NCBI GenBank assembly: GCA_002495525.1
Contig: DAFS01000033.1
Coordinates: 12,509-76,508 of the forward strand
Source: Euryarchaeota archaeon UBA89
GTDB taxonomy: Archaea > Thermoplasmatota > Poseidoniia > Poseidoniales > Thalassarchaeaceae
Reading direction: 5' to 3'
Length of the DNA: 64,000 nucleotides
A program made the translations under genes and the position numbers. Positions 29,996 through 40,220 of the stretch are shown here, in pieces; within the stretch, counting starts at the first letter, position 1; each line of letters begins with the position of its first letter. The notes below the pieces were generated by a model. It saw nothing but the letters and a program-made list of their open reading frames with translations. It did not search any database and was not told the DNA's origin.

Positions 29996-31537
29996 ATGCA
30001 AGATGAGGAGGGGTCTGTCATGAATCATCTTTTACCAATGATTTCAATCTACTTTTTTTATCTCCTAGGGCTACCAATATGGGGGGCTATAATTATGATA
30101 ATTTGGTACTCTGTACTGATAACTCTAGAAAATAATGGAACGCTCGATAATTGGGATGCGACAAGAGTTTTAGGTTTTATTTTGATGATTAGAACAAAAA
30201 AGGGAAGAGTCTTTCTTGAAAGAGTTTCAAAATATAGAAAATTTTGGAGAGGTTTTGGAGAATTTTCAATTTGGTTATGTTTTCTTGTAATGTTCGGGGT
30301 AATGTTTCTTCTAATTTTCAGCGCTATACTAACTGCTTCTTCACCGCCAGAAGAGTCAATTCCTGCTAAAGATCTTTTATTGATTCCTGGAGTAACAAGC
30401 TTTGTACCATTCTGGTGGCCTGTAATTGCACTGATCATTGCAATAGTGATTCATGAATATGGACACGCAATACAAGCAAGAGTTCATGGAATGAGGGCTA
30501 AAAGTTTTGGATTATTACTGTTAGGACCTTTGCCGATGGGAGCTTTTTTTGAACCTGAGATTCAAGAAATGACTAGGGCACCTAGAAGAGAAAGGCTAAG
30601 AATTTATGCTGCTGCACCTTCGATAAATATTGTATCAACATATATAGTCATATTATTGCTATCATGTACTGCATCAGGATTTATTGCTTCAGAACCTGGA
30701 TTGCATGCAAATGCGATTATAGTCAATAGTGGTGCTGAGGAAGCGGGATTAGAACCTTATGAAATAATCACTCATCTTGATGGAATGGATGTTTCAGATT
30801 ATGATTCCTTCTCAGATATAATGAGTTCTAAATCCGCAGGCGATGAAATGAATTTATCTGTTTTATCTAGAAAAAACAGTATTGGGGAGAGGGACTCAAG
30901 AGAGATTACTGTTACACTAACTGATCAATTAGATTACTATCTATCGCTAGGAATTCCTACTTCATTCCAAGAGGATTGTGAGAATGATGAACAGTGCATG
31001 GAGGATTATGTCAAATTCCTAAATGAGAATGGTATAGAACAAGGAAACGCTTTTCTTGGAGTTAGTGGAATTTCTTCAGGTACTAGTGGGGTAGATGGAT
31101 ATAAGTTATCATCTACTGAGGACTTAAATCCGTTAGTAAGAACTATTATTTTTGTATTTAAGCCATTGGAATTATTGGGTGAACCAATAAGATTAGATGG
31201 GCATTCTATGCCACTAGAAGAGAGAGATTTACTTGAATCAGGAGACGGACTCATTTCTTCCACTATAGGAACAAATGGTATGTTGGCTATTTTTGATTTC
31301 TTATTCTGGTTTGCATGGATAAATTTCATACTTGGTTTTGCTAACTTGATACCTATGGTTCCATTTGATGGTGGACAAATTACCAGAGATTCTACTCACT
31401 CAATTATAAAATTCTTTGGAAGAAATATGAATCCTCTAAGAGTTGAAAAAATAGCTAATAGAGTTAGTGGTTTGAGTAGTATAATTATACTTTTAATTGT
31501 ACTATTCCCAATATTATTAGCTAATATGTTGAACTAG
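29996..31537 (+). CDS. Site-2 protease (M50) with PDZ domain
   Basis: HEYGH zinc motif, GAFFEP, NLIPMVPFDGG, PDZ-like NSGAEEAGLEPYEII. Start uncertain (29996 or 30020). Confidence 0.95.
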   Translation: MQDEEGSVMNHLLPMISIYFFYLLGLPIWGAIIMIIWYSVLITLENNGTLDNWDATRVLGFILMIRTKKGRVFLERVSKYRKFWRGFGEFSIWLCFLVMFGVMFLLIFSAILTASSPPEESIPAKDLLLIPGVTSFVPFWWPVIALIIAIVIHEYGHAIQARVHGMRAKSFGLLLLGPLPMGAFFEPEIQEMTRAPRRERLRIYAAAPSINIVSTYIVILLLSCTASGFIASEPGLHANAIIVNSGAEEAGLEPYEIITHLDGMDVSDYDSFSDIMSSKSAGDEMNLSVLSRKNSIGERDSREITVTLTDQLDYYLSLGIPTSFQEDCENDEQCMEDYVKFLNENGIEQGNAFLGVSGISSGTSGVDGYKLSSTEDLNPLVRTIIFVFKPLELLGEPIRLDGHSMPLEERDLLESGDGLISSTIGTNGMLAIFDFLFWFAWINFILGFANLIPMVPFDGGQITRDSTHSIIKFFGRNMNPLRVEKIANRVSGLSSIIILLIVLFPILLANMLN

Positions 31538-31542
31538 AAAAC

Positions 31543-32427
31543 TTATTCTTCTTCCTCATTTTCTCTGGATATAAAGGTATCATAAACCATAGGGAGAATA
31601 ACCACTGCAGCAATCAATGTAAACAGATTATTCCAGGTTTGTCCAGACACAAATGATGATGTTCCTGAGAAAAAGAGTTTGATTGCTCCGACCCATGGAA
31701 TCTCAGAAGATGCAACTCCCACAACCCAAACATCTCTCACTGCGGTGACAGGATTACCAAACTCATCTTTTAAACCGCGACTCTGAATATATGAATCATC
31801 GGCTGTTGAACTAGTTGCCCTTAGTTGATCAATTGTACATCCATTTGTCATCCTATTATCACCAGTTGTCAAATATCCTTCATGTCTAGGAATCCACTTA
31901 TCAATTGTTAAATTCCCATGAGGTGCACAAGAGTAATCTAAAGTTAACGAAATATTGCTTACATTTACTAAATGGGTTCCTGGGACATCCCATGTCAAAA
32001 TACAAATATATTCTAGCTCATCGAATACACCCTCAGAACAGGAGTCATCAATTGGTTTTTCAGTTACGTTAGTTTCTACTTTGAGTAATACTCGGTGAAT
32101 AACTGGGGTATCACTACCTCCATTTTTCTGATAAATTATAACATCTCCAAGCATACCATGCATTTCATATCCAAAATTCGTATTTTCCTTGTTGGAAGCT
32201 TCTACATATGTCACTATATCTACTCTTTCAGGATTCATAATTAGTACCAAATCACCAGGATCAATCGCTCCTATAGAACCATCTTCACTATGCTTCATAG
32301 AGCCAGATTCAACAACAACCATAGGAGGAAACATACCTGTAGCTAACCACATTGAGCCAAGTAGTAAGAAAACTAAACCTACAGCAAGTAATGCCTCTCT
32401 AAGATAGAGTTTGAAATCATTTGACAT
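31543..32427 (-). CDS. Signal peptidase I (S26, archaeal Ser-His type)
   Basis: VVVESGSM, GDLV, GDVIIY, PVIHRV, TTGDN, IPWVG; N- and C-terminal TM helices. Confidence 0.92.
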   Translation of the reverse strand: MSNDFKLYLREALLAVGLVFLLLGSMWLATGMFPPMVVVESGSMKHSEDGSIGAIDPGDLVLIMNPERVDIVTYVEASNKENTNFGYEMHGMLGDVIIYQKNGGSDTPVIHRVLLKVETNVTEKPIDDSCSEGVFDELEYICILTWDVPGTHLVNVSNISLTLDYSCAPHGNLTIDKWIPRHEGYLTTGDNRMTNGCTIDQLRATSSTADDSYIQSRGLKDEFGNPVTAVRDVWVVGVASSEIPWVGAIKLFFSGTSSFVSGQTWNNLFTLIAAVVILPMVYDTFISRENEEEE

Positions 32428-32428
32428 A

Positions 32429-33211
32429 CTAATTCCCCTTAGAGTTATACGGCCTAGTAGAGTATAATAGGAAAGATACGAATAAAATTAGAATAATACT
32501 AACCGGATCAAAATGAGGAGCGGTGTGATGGAAAGAGGTTAATCCACTGAACCTTTCTGTGAGATCTATTGTGTATTCTCTAGTTCCTTCTTTGGAAGCT
32601 ATACCAAAAATAGTATTCCATAACAGGGAAAATAAAGTTATCGAGGTAATGAAAATTAATATTCGGTGGAAAATTAATTCTCTAAGTAGACCTAATCCTG
32701 GAAGTTGGCGAGAAATAACTGATTCTGGATTATTCCACCATTTTTCATTAACTAGAAAATCAGTCTGAGTATTAATCTTGGAAGAATTAATCAGATTCTT
32801 TCCAACGGGAATTTCATGCAGTTCAAGTAATTCACGCATAAGACCGATATGCCTTTCTCCCAACATAATAGCTGCTTCTTCACCTTCTTTGCGACGCCTT
32901 AAAACTTCAGCGCGTGAATCTAACAACAGAATATCATCCAGAGTTTGTTTTTTCTCTAAATAAAAGAAGAACTCTGGGCCGACATAAAAGGTACCAATTG
33001 CTCCGATTAACATGCCTATCCAACTTAATGTTACAATATTTTCTTTAGATGGATCTGTAGGACCTGAAAGGCCAAAAAGAAAAATTATTCCCCAAAGTAA
33101 AAGTGCGAATGATAGAATTGAAACATTGGTGATGATTTGAAAATGTCTACCACTTTGGCTATCCCATAATCGACCGAAAAAACCTAAATTTCTTTCATCA
33201 CGACGAGCCAT
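32429..33211 (-). CDS. Hypothetical membrane protein (about 4 TM)
   Basis: 260-aa ORF ending 1 bp before the signal peptidase start. Confidence 0.75.
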   Translation of the reverse strand: MARRDERNLGFFGRLWDSQSGRHFQIITNVSILSFALLLWGIIFLFGLSGPTDPSKENIVTLSWIGMLIGAIGTFYVGPEFFFYLEKKQTLDDILLLDSRAEVLRRRKEGEEAAIMLGERHIGLMRELLELHEIPVGKNLINSSKINTQTDFLVNEKWWNNPESVISRQLPGLGLLRELIFHRILIFITSITLFSLLWNTIFGIASKEGTREYTIDLTERFSGLTSFHHTAPHFDPVSIILILFVSFLLYSTRPYNSKGN

Positions 33212-33322
33212 TATAACATTCGTGGGTAAGGCTTCGTGGCTTAGTGTCTTACGCTAACAAGTTCACATGAAAAAACTTGATTTAACCAATTAATTGATTT
33301 GCTATACTATCAATCGAACCTT

Positions 33323-34507
33323 ATGGTGAAGCAATGGCTAGTGGTCTTGATTGTTGTTGGATTGATGCTTTCTGGCTGTATCGGAGATGAATTTCTAGAT
33401 ATGGATAACGATGGTATAGAAGATAACGAAGATTTAGACAGAGATGGGGATGGCTGGATGAATATAATGGAGATTGATTGTGATAGTGACCCAGACAATT
33501 TTGAAGAAATACCAAACGATCTTGATAGTGATACAATCTGCGATAATTTAGATGAAGATATTGATGGTGATGATTTACCAAATGACTGGGAAGTCGAAAG
33601 AGGGCTTGATCCAATGAATAAAAATGATACTATTGTATGTCATGGATTGTCAAAATACTGTTTAAGAAACTATGATGATTTTACATTTCCTGAAACACAT
33701 AATGCTTTCGCAACATCCGAAGATGGAGTAATTCTTGGAACTAATCACTACACAGGTCTTCAGGCACAATGGGATGGAGGAGTTAGAGCATTTATGGTTG
33801 ATGCCCATCATCTAAGTGAAGATGAAACTGAAGCTGAAGATGTGAGATTTTGTCATGGTTCTCCAGGACAATTCCCCCACCCCTGTAAGTATTCCGAAGT
33901 AGACCCATTTGAATGGTTATCACTTCTAAATTCATTGATGAATTTAACTAATGAAAATTGTTCATTCATGTGTGGGGAAGTTGTGTCAATACTAGTTGAA
34001 AACTATGTTCCTGCGAATCATTTAGAGTTTTTATTTAATCAAACTGGAATTTTAGAAAGAGTATTTATCCATCAATTAGGAGAACCTTGGCCTTCAATTG
34101 GAGATATGATTCTACAAAAGAAGGATGTAGTCATATATGTCCAATCTGAGTATAATGAAAGTTTTTCCTATTTCCATCCAGCCTGGAAACATAGTTGGGA
34201 TACTCCATATGGTCAGCAAGATAAAGAAGAAATGACCTGTGAATTGGGAAGAGGTGATTCGAGTCAGTCTGTATGGCATTTGAGTAATTGGTTGAGTAGT
34301 ATCTTCGGTACAGCAGATCCTTACAAAGCTCATGAAGTAAATGAGTATGAATTTTTACTAAATCGAACTATCGAATGTTGGGAAATTATGGATAGGAGAC
34401 CTACATTTGTAGCCGTCGATTATTGGGAAGATGGTGAAATAACAAATGTAACAATCACCTTAAACAAAATGGAAAATTGGGATGATGAAATACCTGCTCA
34501 TCCATAA
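33323..34507 (+). CDS. Lipoprotein with Ca-binding DxDxDG (TSP3-like) repeats and a PI-PLC X-box-like phosphodiesterase domain
   Basis: Lipobox LSGC; DMDNDG, DRDGDG, DIDGDD repeats; THNAF, GVRAFMVDAH, FCHG, ENY, PTFVAVDYW. Confidence 0.82.
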   Translation: MVKQWLVVLIVVGLMLSGCIGDEFLDMDNDGIEDNEDLDRDGDGWMNIMEIDCDSDPDNFEEIPNDLDSDTICDNLDEDIDGDDLPNDWEVERGLDPMNKNDTIVCHGLSKYCLRNYDDFTFPETHNAFATSEDGVILGTNHYTGLQAQWDGGVRAFMVDAHHLSEDETEAEDVRFCHGSPGQFPHPCKYSEVDPFEWLSLLNSLMNLTNENCSFMCGEVVSILVENYVPANHLEFLFNQTGILERVFIHQLGEPWPSIGDMILQKKDVVIYVQSEYNESFSYFHPAWKHSWDTPYGQQDKEEMTCELGRGDSSQSVWHLSNWLSSIFGTADPYKAHEVNEYEFLLNRTIECWEIMDRRPTFVAVDYWEDGEITNVTITLNKMENWDDEIPAHP

Positions 34508-34572
34508 ATTAAGTTCCTGTAGTTAATCTGTAATTCGTTGGGTTTTCTAAATAGAACCCTGTCGATACGGAT

Positions 34573-37557
34573 ATGGAAGGGGCAGCAATAGAATTTCTGC
34601 ACCCTAAAGTTAGAGATTTAATAAATAATTTAGGTTGGAATCTAACTCCAATTCAAGAAGAAGCGGCTATTGATTTATGTGCAGGAAAAAATAGACTTTT
34701 AGTTGCCCCAACCGGAAGTGGAAAAACAGAAGCTGCAATATTACCTATAATTTCTAGAGCAATTAATGAGAATTGGGAAGGTTTGTCAATTCTATATATT
34801 ACTCCATTGAGAGCACTAAATAGAGATATTGAAAGAAGATTATCTACGATGCTAGAACCTCTTGGATTAAGTGTCGGATTAAGGCATGGAGATACTACTC
34901 AAAAAGAAAGAACGAAACAATCAAAAAATCCTCCTAATTTATTGATTACAACACCGGAAACCACACAAATAATGATGTTAGGAAGTAGATTAAGAAAACA
35001 TCTTTCAGGCGTTAAAGTTATTATTTTAGACGAAATTCATGACTTAGCAGGAAGTGAAAGAGGTTCTCAATTAATGGTTGGTCTAGAACGCATTGCCGAT
35101 ATTAACCCCAATAACATACAACGAATAGGCCTATCAGCAACTGTTGGAAATCCCAGTGAAGTTGCTGATTATATGGCTAAAAATGCACAGCCTATACTAG
35201 GTCCTGCTCCAAGATTTACAGATGTTTTAGTGCATAAAGAAATACCTTCTCCTGAAGATGAGATTTTATCTGTAAAATGGTCTGTTTCACCTAATTCAAT
35301 TGCAGCTTTTAGAAGGCTGGCTAACTCATTAATGGAAGATTACCCATCATTAGTATTTGTTAATTCAAGATCTGCTGCTGAAACTGTTGCTCAAAGACTA
35401 ACTTCCATTGCATCGGAAATAAAAATCGGCGTACATCATGGAAGTCTTGCTTCCGATACTAGAAAAGAAATGGAAGATAAACTAAGAAATGGCGATTTAC
35501 ATGGAATTATTTGTACTAGCAGTTTAGAATTAGGAATTGATATTGGGTCAATTAAGAAAGTACATCAATTACAATCTCCAAGGGCAGTGGATAGATTACT
35601 ACAAAGAATGGGTAGAGCCGAACATCATCTAGGCGGAACTGGTAGAGGAGAAATTCTAGCATGGGAACTAGATGAAATCTCTGAATGTGCCGTGATTTCT
35701 AGAAGAGCTATGGCATCTGAACTTGAAGGTGTAGAATGGCAAACAGAACCAGGAATTGTTGCCGCAAATCAGTTCATACAGTTAAGTATAGAAAGAGGAT
35801 TAGTACCACTTCAGAAAGCTAATGATATCATAGAGAGTTGTTCATTATTTAGAGAATGGAATTATGAAAAAACTCTGAATATTTTGAGAGTATTGAATGA
35901 TCGATGGCTAATCAAACTTGTTGAGAATCCTGAGGATTCAGATGTAACTAACTGGCCTGCAAGACTCTGGGAAGAACTAGCAAAGAAGAGTAATCAAAAT
36001 GTTCCTGAGAAAAGGCCTCCATGGGACGAGGAACAAAAAGAATCTGATAAAGTTAGATGGAGAAAAGCAATGATAAAACATCTGCCCAAGAGTCTGGAAA
36101 AAGGTTGGTTTTCCCCATCTGGAAAAGCAGCTAAATCCAGAACTGAGCATATCTCCATGATTCCAGATGAAATTTCTTACAGAGTCCGAGATGCAGTAAG
36201 TAGATCTGTTCTTGGTTCTGTTGACGAAGCATTCGTTTTATCACTAAATAATGATGCTAGCGATGATTCTCTCGGGAGAGCAAGAAGATTTGTAATGGCG
36301 GGAAGAACTTGGCAAATTGTTGATGCTGATCCTGAGCAAGAAGAACTTCTAGTGGCTCCGATAAAAGAGACAGGAGAGGCTCCAGTATGGTCGGGAGAAT
36401 TACCTCCAGTTCCAAAAGAAGTAGCAAGAGAAGTGGGGAAATTGAGAAGGGCTGTTGCCATATCTATAGGAGCAATTGAAGATGATAATTCAGTAATTCC
36501 CTTTGAAGAATATCCATTATCACCTAGTGCAAGAGATGTACTGATTAGAACTGTTGCAGACCATATTGAGGCTACTGGGTATTTACCTGATGAAAGAACT
36601 ATTACAATAGAAGAAAGGCAAAATACAATTATTCTAAACACATGTGCTGGTTCCAAAATAAATGAAACTTTAGCGCATTTAATTCAAGCATTTGGTTCAT
36701 TAAAAGAAGGAAAAATGGGGAGGACATTAATCGACCCTTATAGAATATCAATTCAGATCCCAGGTACGAATACTGCAGATATAATTGGATGGTTACAAGA
36801 TACCCCTCCTGTTGCTTTACCTTCTTTGATGCGAATGACAATTCCCAATAGCAGAGCAGTAAGATGGAGAGTCGTCCAGGTCGCAAGAAGAATGGGGGTT
36901 TTACGGAAAGGGGTTGACCCACGTAAAGTAAATCTTCAAGGTTTGATGAGAAGATGGAAAGGAACCCCAGTAATAGAAGAAGCGCTGAGTAAGTTATTCC
37001 ATGAAAGAATGGATATAGAGGCAACTGTAGACTTGCTGAAAGAAATACAAAATGGCGAAAAAAAGTTATTAGTAACTCCACCAGGACCTCTTGGTCAATC
37101 AAAAAAGAGCGAAAAAGATCTGTTACTTCCATCATGGTCTGATAAAGAACTTAGAGACCATTTAGAAGTTAGATTAATCAATGAAAGAGCAGTATTAATT
37201 TGTCTAAATTGTAAAAATAAGACAAGGAAGAGAGTAGCTAGATTCGCAGAAAGAATTGAACCATGTTCAACATGTTCAGGAACTATGCAAGCATGTTCAC
37301 CGGAAAGAATGGAGTCCATGTTATCGGATTGGGTTGAGAGTAAAGATCCAAAGATATATGGGAAGATGACTAAGAATGCAGAATTGATTCGCACTCATGG
37401 AAAAGATGCAATAATTTGTATGATGGGCAGAGGAATTGCAGAAGAAACTGCCACTAAAATACTCAGAGGACATATTTTTGGAGAGAGGGTAAGATTACTT
37501 CGTTCTATACATAATGCTGAGTTAAAATATGCTTCAACTAGAAGATATTGGGGATAA
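34573..37557 (+). CDS. lhr: Lhr-like SF2 DExH helicase
   Basis: APTGSGKT, PLRALNRD, TTPE, DEIH, SAT, HHGSL, SSLELGIDIG, QRMGRA, P.WSGE, C-terminal CxxC...CxxC. Confidence 0.93.
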   Translation: MEGAAIEFLHPKVRDLINNLGWNLTPIQEEAAIDLCAGKNRLLVAPTGSGKTEAAILPIISRAINENWEGLSILYITPLRALNRDIERRLSTMLEPLGLSVGLRHGDTTQKERTKQSKNPPNLLITTPETTQIMMLGSRLRKHLSGVKVIILDEIHDLAGSERGSQLMVGLERIADINPNNIQRIGLSATVGNPSEVADYMAKNAQPILGPAPRFTDVLVHKEIPSPEDEILSVKWSVSPNSIAAFRRLANSLMEDYPSLVFVNSRSAAETVAQRLTSIASEIKIGVHHGSLASDTRKEMEDKLRNGDLHGIICTSSLELGIDIGSIKKVHQLQSPRAVDRLLQRMGRAEHHLGGTGRGEILAWELDEISECAVISRRAMASELEGVEWQTEPGIVAANQFIQLSIERGLVPLQKANDIIESCSLFREWNYEKTLNILRVLNDRWLIKLVENPEDSDVTNWPARLWEELAKKSNQNVPEKRPPWDEEQKESDKVRWRKAMIKHLPKSLEKGWFSPSGKAAKSRTEHISMIPDEISYRVRDAVSRSVLGSVDEAFVLSLNNDASDDSLGRARRFVMAGRTWQIVDADPEQEELLVAPIKETGEAPVWSGELPPVPKEVAREVGKLRRAVAISIGAIEDDNSVIPFEEYPLSPSARDVLIRTVADHIEATGYLPDERTITIEERQNTIILNTCAGSKINETLAHLIQAFGSLKEGKMGRTLIDPYRISIQIPGTNTADIIGWLQDTPPVALPSLMRMTIPNSRAVRWRVVQVARRMGVLRKGVDPRKVNLQGLMRRWKGTPVIEEALSKLFHERMDIEATVDLLKEIQNGEKKLLVTPPGPLGQSKKSEKDLLLPSWSDKELRDHLEVRLINERAVLICLNCKNKTRKRVARFAERIEPCSTCSGTMQACSPERMESMLSDWVESKDPKIYGKMTKNAELIRTHGKDAIICMMGRGIAEETATKILRGHIFGERVRLLRSIHNAELKYASTRRYWG

Positions 37558-37599
37558 AAAAAGGCAATCACTATTTCCATCCTTTCACGGGGTATTGAC

Positions 37600-38142
37600 A
37601 TGCTCATCGGTTTGACGGGGAAAAATGCGTCTGGAAAGTCGACAGTTGTTAAATGGTTTTCAAAAAAGGGCTTGGAGACTTTGTCCTGTTCCGATTCTAT
37701 CAGAGCATGGCTTGCAGAACAAAATATTGAACCTACAAGAGACGCTTTGATTGAAGGAGGGAGAGAACTTAGAAGAAAGGGTGGCGCTGGAATATTAGCA
37801 GAAATGTTGCTAGACATTCTGGATGGAAAGGATGCTGTTGTTGATTCAATTAGGACCCCTGGAGAAGTTGAGGCTTTGAGGAAAAGAGATGATTTTATCT
37901 TAATAGAAATTAGAGCAAATACAGAAACAAGATGGGAGAGACTACAAAGTAGGGCAAGAGCTGGTGATCCCTTAGACAAAGAGACTTTTATGGAGCAAGA
38001 AAAGACAGAGGCTGTAGCTAAAGATGAGGCAGGGCAGGCTCTAAATGCAACTGCAGAATTGGCAGATTTAGTAATATTAAATGATGGGACTGAAGATGAT
38101 TTAATCAATGATTTAGATGAATTATTACTCATATTAAAATAA
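37600..38142 (+). CDS. P-loop nucleotide kinase (dephospho-CoA kinase-like, COG0237-type)
   Basis: IGLTGKNASGKS, VVDSIR.PGEV, R..R lid, AD.VI.NDG. Confidence 0.8.
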   Translation: MLIGLTGKNASGKSTVVKWFSKKGLETLSCSDSIRAWLAEQNIEPTRDALIEGGRELRRKGGAGILAEMLLDILDGKDAVVDSIRTPGEVEALRKRDDFILIEIRANTETRWERLQSRARAGDPLDKETFMEQEKTEAVAKDEAGQALNATAELADLVILNDGTEDDLINDLDELLLILK

Positions 38143-38150
38143 TAATCTAA

Positions 38151-38588
38151 TCATGCTGTTCTGACAATTATCCCTGCTTCATTCATCATTTCAGAAGCAA
38201 TATCGAAATCTTTCTGCCATCTTTCTGGTATTTGTAAATCTTTAGGATAGACAACTTCGCTAACACCTGCTTGAATAAGAGAACGTGTACATCTAGAACA
38301 AGGTGGCCAGGTTACATAGGCCATTGTTCCCTTTAATGAGATACCAATTCTTGCAGCATGCATTATTGCATTCTCTTCTGCATGACAAATCATCGGATAC
38401 TTCTGTTCGCGATCTTCAAGTCTCTCAATTTTATCTTCAATCCCTCTAGGAAAACCATTGAAACCAGTTGACCTAATTTCGCGATCTTCACCAACAACAA
38501 TACAACCTACTTTAGTTGACGGATCTTTAGACCAGTCAGAGATATGCTTCGCTAACTCTAGAAATCTTTTATCCCATTTGTCGCTCAT
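38151..38588 (-). CDS. dCMP deaminase family protein
   Basis: WD.RFL..A, SKDPSTKVG, TGFNGFPRG, HAEENA, PCSRC. ATG 38588. Confidence 0.93.
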   Translation of the reverse strand: MSDKWDKRFLELAKHISDWSKDPSTKVGCIVVGEDREIRSTGFNGFPRGIEDKIERLEDREQKYPMICHAEENAIMHAARIGISLKGTMAYVTWPPCSRCTRSLIQAGVSEVVYPKDLQIPERWQKDFDIASEMMNEAGIIVRTA

Positions 38589-38610
38589 ATAAACATCTCC
38601 AAAATATCTA

Positions 38611-38919
38611 TCATAAGTCATTATCCCTATTCGCTTCTGTACGATTAGGGTCGTAACCATCAAATGAAGTAGGATTTGCATAACAATCAGGATCATCTCT
38701 ATCGGCTTTTCCACCATTATCATTATCTAAACCATCACCGCAATTGCCTATATCATCATCATTTGATGAAAGAAAACTTTCTGCGCCACCACCGGCTAGA
38801 ATAGCAAATAACAAGCCAGAAAGAACAAGGATAAGGGCTACTAAGATATATTTCGAAGTACTGTCTTGTGGTTCTAAGACTACTTTAATTTCAGTTTTCT
38901 CATTCGGCTTATTAGTCAT
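38611..38919 (-). CDS. Small membrane-anchored protein with a C-x-DG-x-DND...DPDC putative metal-binding motif
   Basis: One TM helix, then CGDGLDNDNGGKADRDDPDC. Confidence 0.7.
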   Translation of the reverse strand: MTNKPNEKTEIKVVLEPQDSTSKYILVALILVLSGLLFAILAGGGAESFLSSNDDDIGNCGDGLDNDNGGKADRDDPDCYANPTSFDGYDPNRTEANRDNDL

Positions 38920-38952
38920 CTACGAGCCATCCACAAGGGTCATCCTTTTTGA

Positions 38953-40185
38953 TTATCGGTGAACGCGGAGTTCCTCCCAAAAATTGAGATTGTCTCTTGA
39001 AATTATATAATTTAGAATATCTCCAACAAGATAAACACTGCCTATAATAACTAATTCTACTTCATCAATTTCACAAATTTTAGACGCTTCTTCAATTGCA
39101 TTAACTGGGTTTTTAATTATGTCACGAGAGGTTTCCATATGGCGACAAATTATATTTTCTAATTCCTCGGCACTAACTGAATTATTCCTTCCAGAAAGAG
39201 GTTCAGTAAATATCAAATGATGAAAAATTGATTGGTGAAGATTCTCCTTTAAAAATGGCGACAAGGTGTCTTTAATATCAGCCTTCTCAGTAACTCCAAT
39301 GATAAATACACTCGGTTTTTTGATAGAATTAAGTTCAGACTCAAAACCTTCTTTATTGTGAGCTGCACAGACTTTCACTGGAAAGTCATACCAAGATGAG
39401 CCGTACTCCGGAGAACGACCCGGCCATTTACATTCTACTTCAGAATCTTTCCATTTGAAAAAATTTGCGACTTTTTTCGTCAACATAGTCCAGTTCTGCC
39501 AATTTGAAAAATCTTGATTCGTTTCAATTATCAAAAGATCTTCTCCGACTTTATCTGAAATTACTTTCAATACAGAAGCAGTTAAATTATCACTTTTTGA
39601 CAAAAATAATGGAACTCCTGGTCGATGAATACCGGCTTTTTCGAAAGCGATTTCTTCCAAGCTTTCTCCTAAAAATTCAGTATGGTCTTTGGAGATTGTA
39701 GTTATTACACAGAGATCAGCATCTACTAACCTAGTAGAGTCTAACCTACCTCCTAAACCGGTCTCAATAATAGCTCTGTCAATATTATTCTCACTGAAAA
39801 CAACCATAGCAAGTAAAAATGTGACTTCAAAAAAAGTTGGTTTACAGACAGGAGAAATCAATGAGGCCGTTCGTATTTTTTCTAGAAACATATCAAAATC
39901 TTTGGGAGAAACAGGGACTCCATTTATCCTAATTCTTTCTTCTATCGTAATTAAATGAGGAGAGGAAAAGAGGCCTACTTTGAGATTATTTTCTCTCGCC
40001 ACTGCAGAAAGTTGAACACATAAAGAACCCTTACCATTTGTGCCTGCAACATGAATTGAAGGAAAATCAAGATGGGGATTCCCTAGTCTCTCCAATAAAA
40101 GATTACAATTATCAAATCCTAATTTAACTCCAGAATCTTTCGTGTTTTCTAGCCATTTTCTAACGTTCAAAAAATAATCACCCAC
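38953..40185 (-). CDS. folC: Folylpolyglutamate synthase/dihydrofolate synthase
   Basis: IHVAGTNGKGS, FSSPHL...ERI, TFFE, ETGLGGRLDST, DH...LG, EKAGI, WPGR, AHN, GSVYLVG. Confidence 0.92.
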   Translation of the reverse strand: MGDYFLNVRKWLENTKDSGVKLGFDNCNLLLERLGNPHLDFPSIHVAGTNGKGSLCVQLSAVARENNLKVGLFSSPHLITIEERIRINGVPVSPKDFDMFLEKIRTASLISPVCKPTFFEVTFLLAMVVFSENNIDRAIIETGLGGRLDSTRLVDADLCVITTISKDHTEFLGESLEEIAFEKAGIHRPGVPLFLSKSDNLTASVLKVISDKVGEDLLIIETNQDFSNWQNWTMLTKKVANFFKWKDSEVECKWPGRSPEYGSSWYDFPVKVCAAHNKEGFESELNSIKKPSVFIIGVTEKADIKDTLSPFLKENLHQSIFHHLIFTEPLSGRNNSVSAEELENIICRHMETSRDIIKNPVNAIEEASKICEIDEVELVIIGSVYLVGDILNYIISRDNLNFWEELRVHR

Positions 40186-40220
40186 TAGTTCTACTACACA
40201 CTTGTATTAGTCAAAGTGAT

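Noticed and set aside
33219-33244. Imperfect direct repeat TTCGTGGGTAAG / TTCGTGGCTTAG in a divergent promoter region
   Set aside because: Two short copies with two mismatches; too weak without comparative data.
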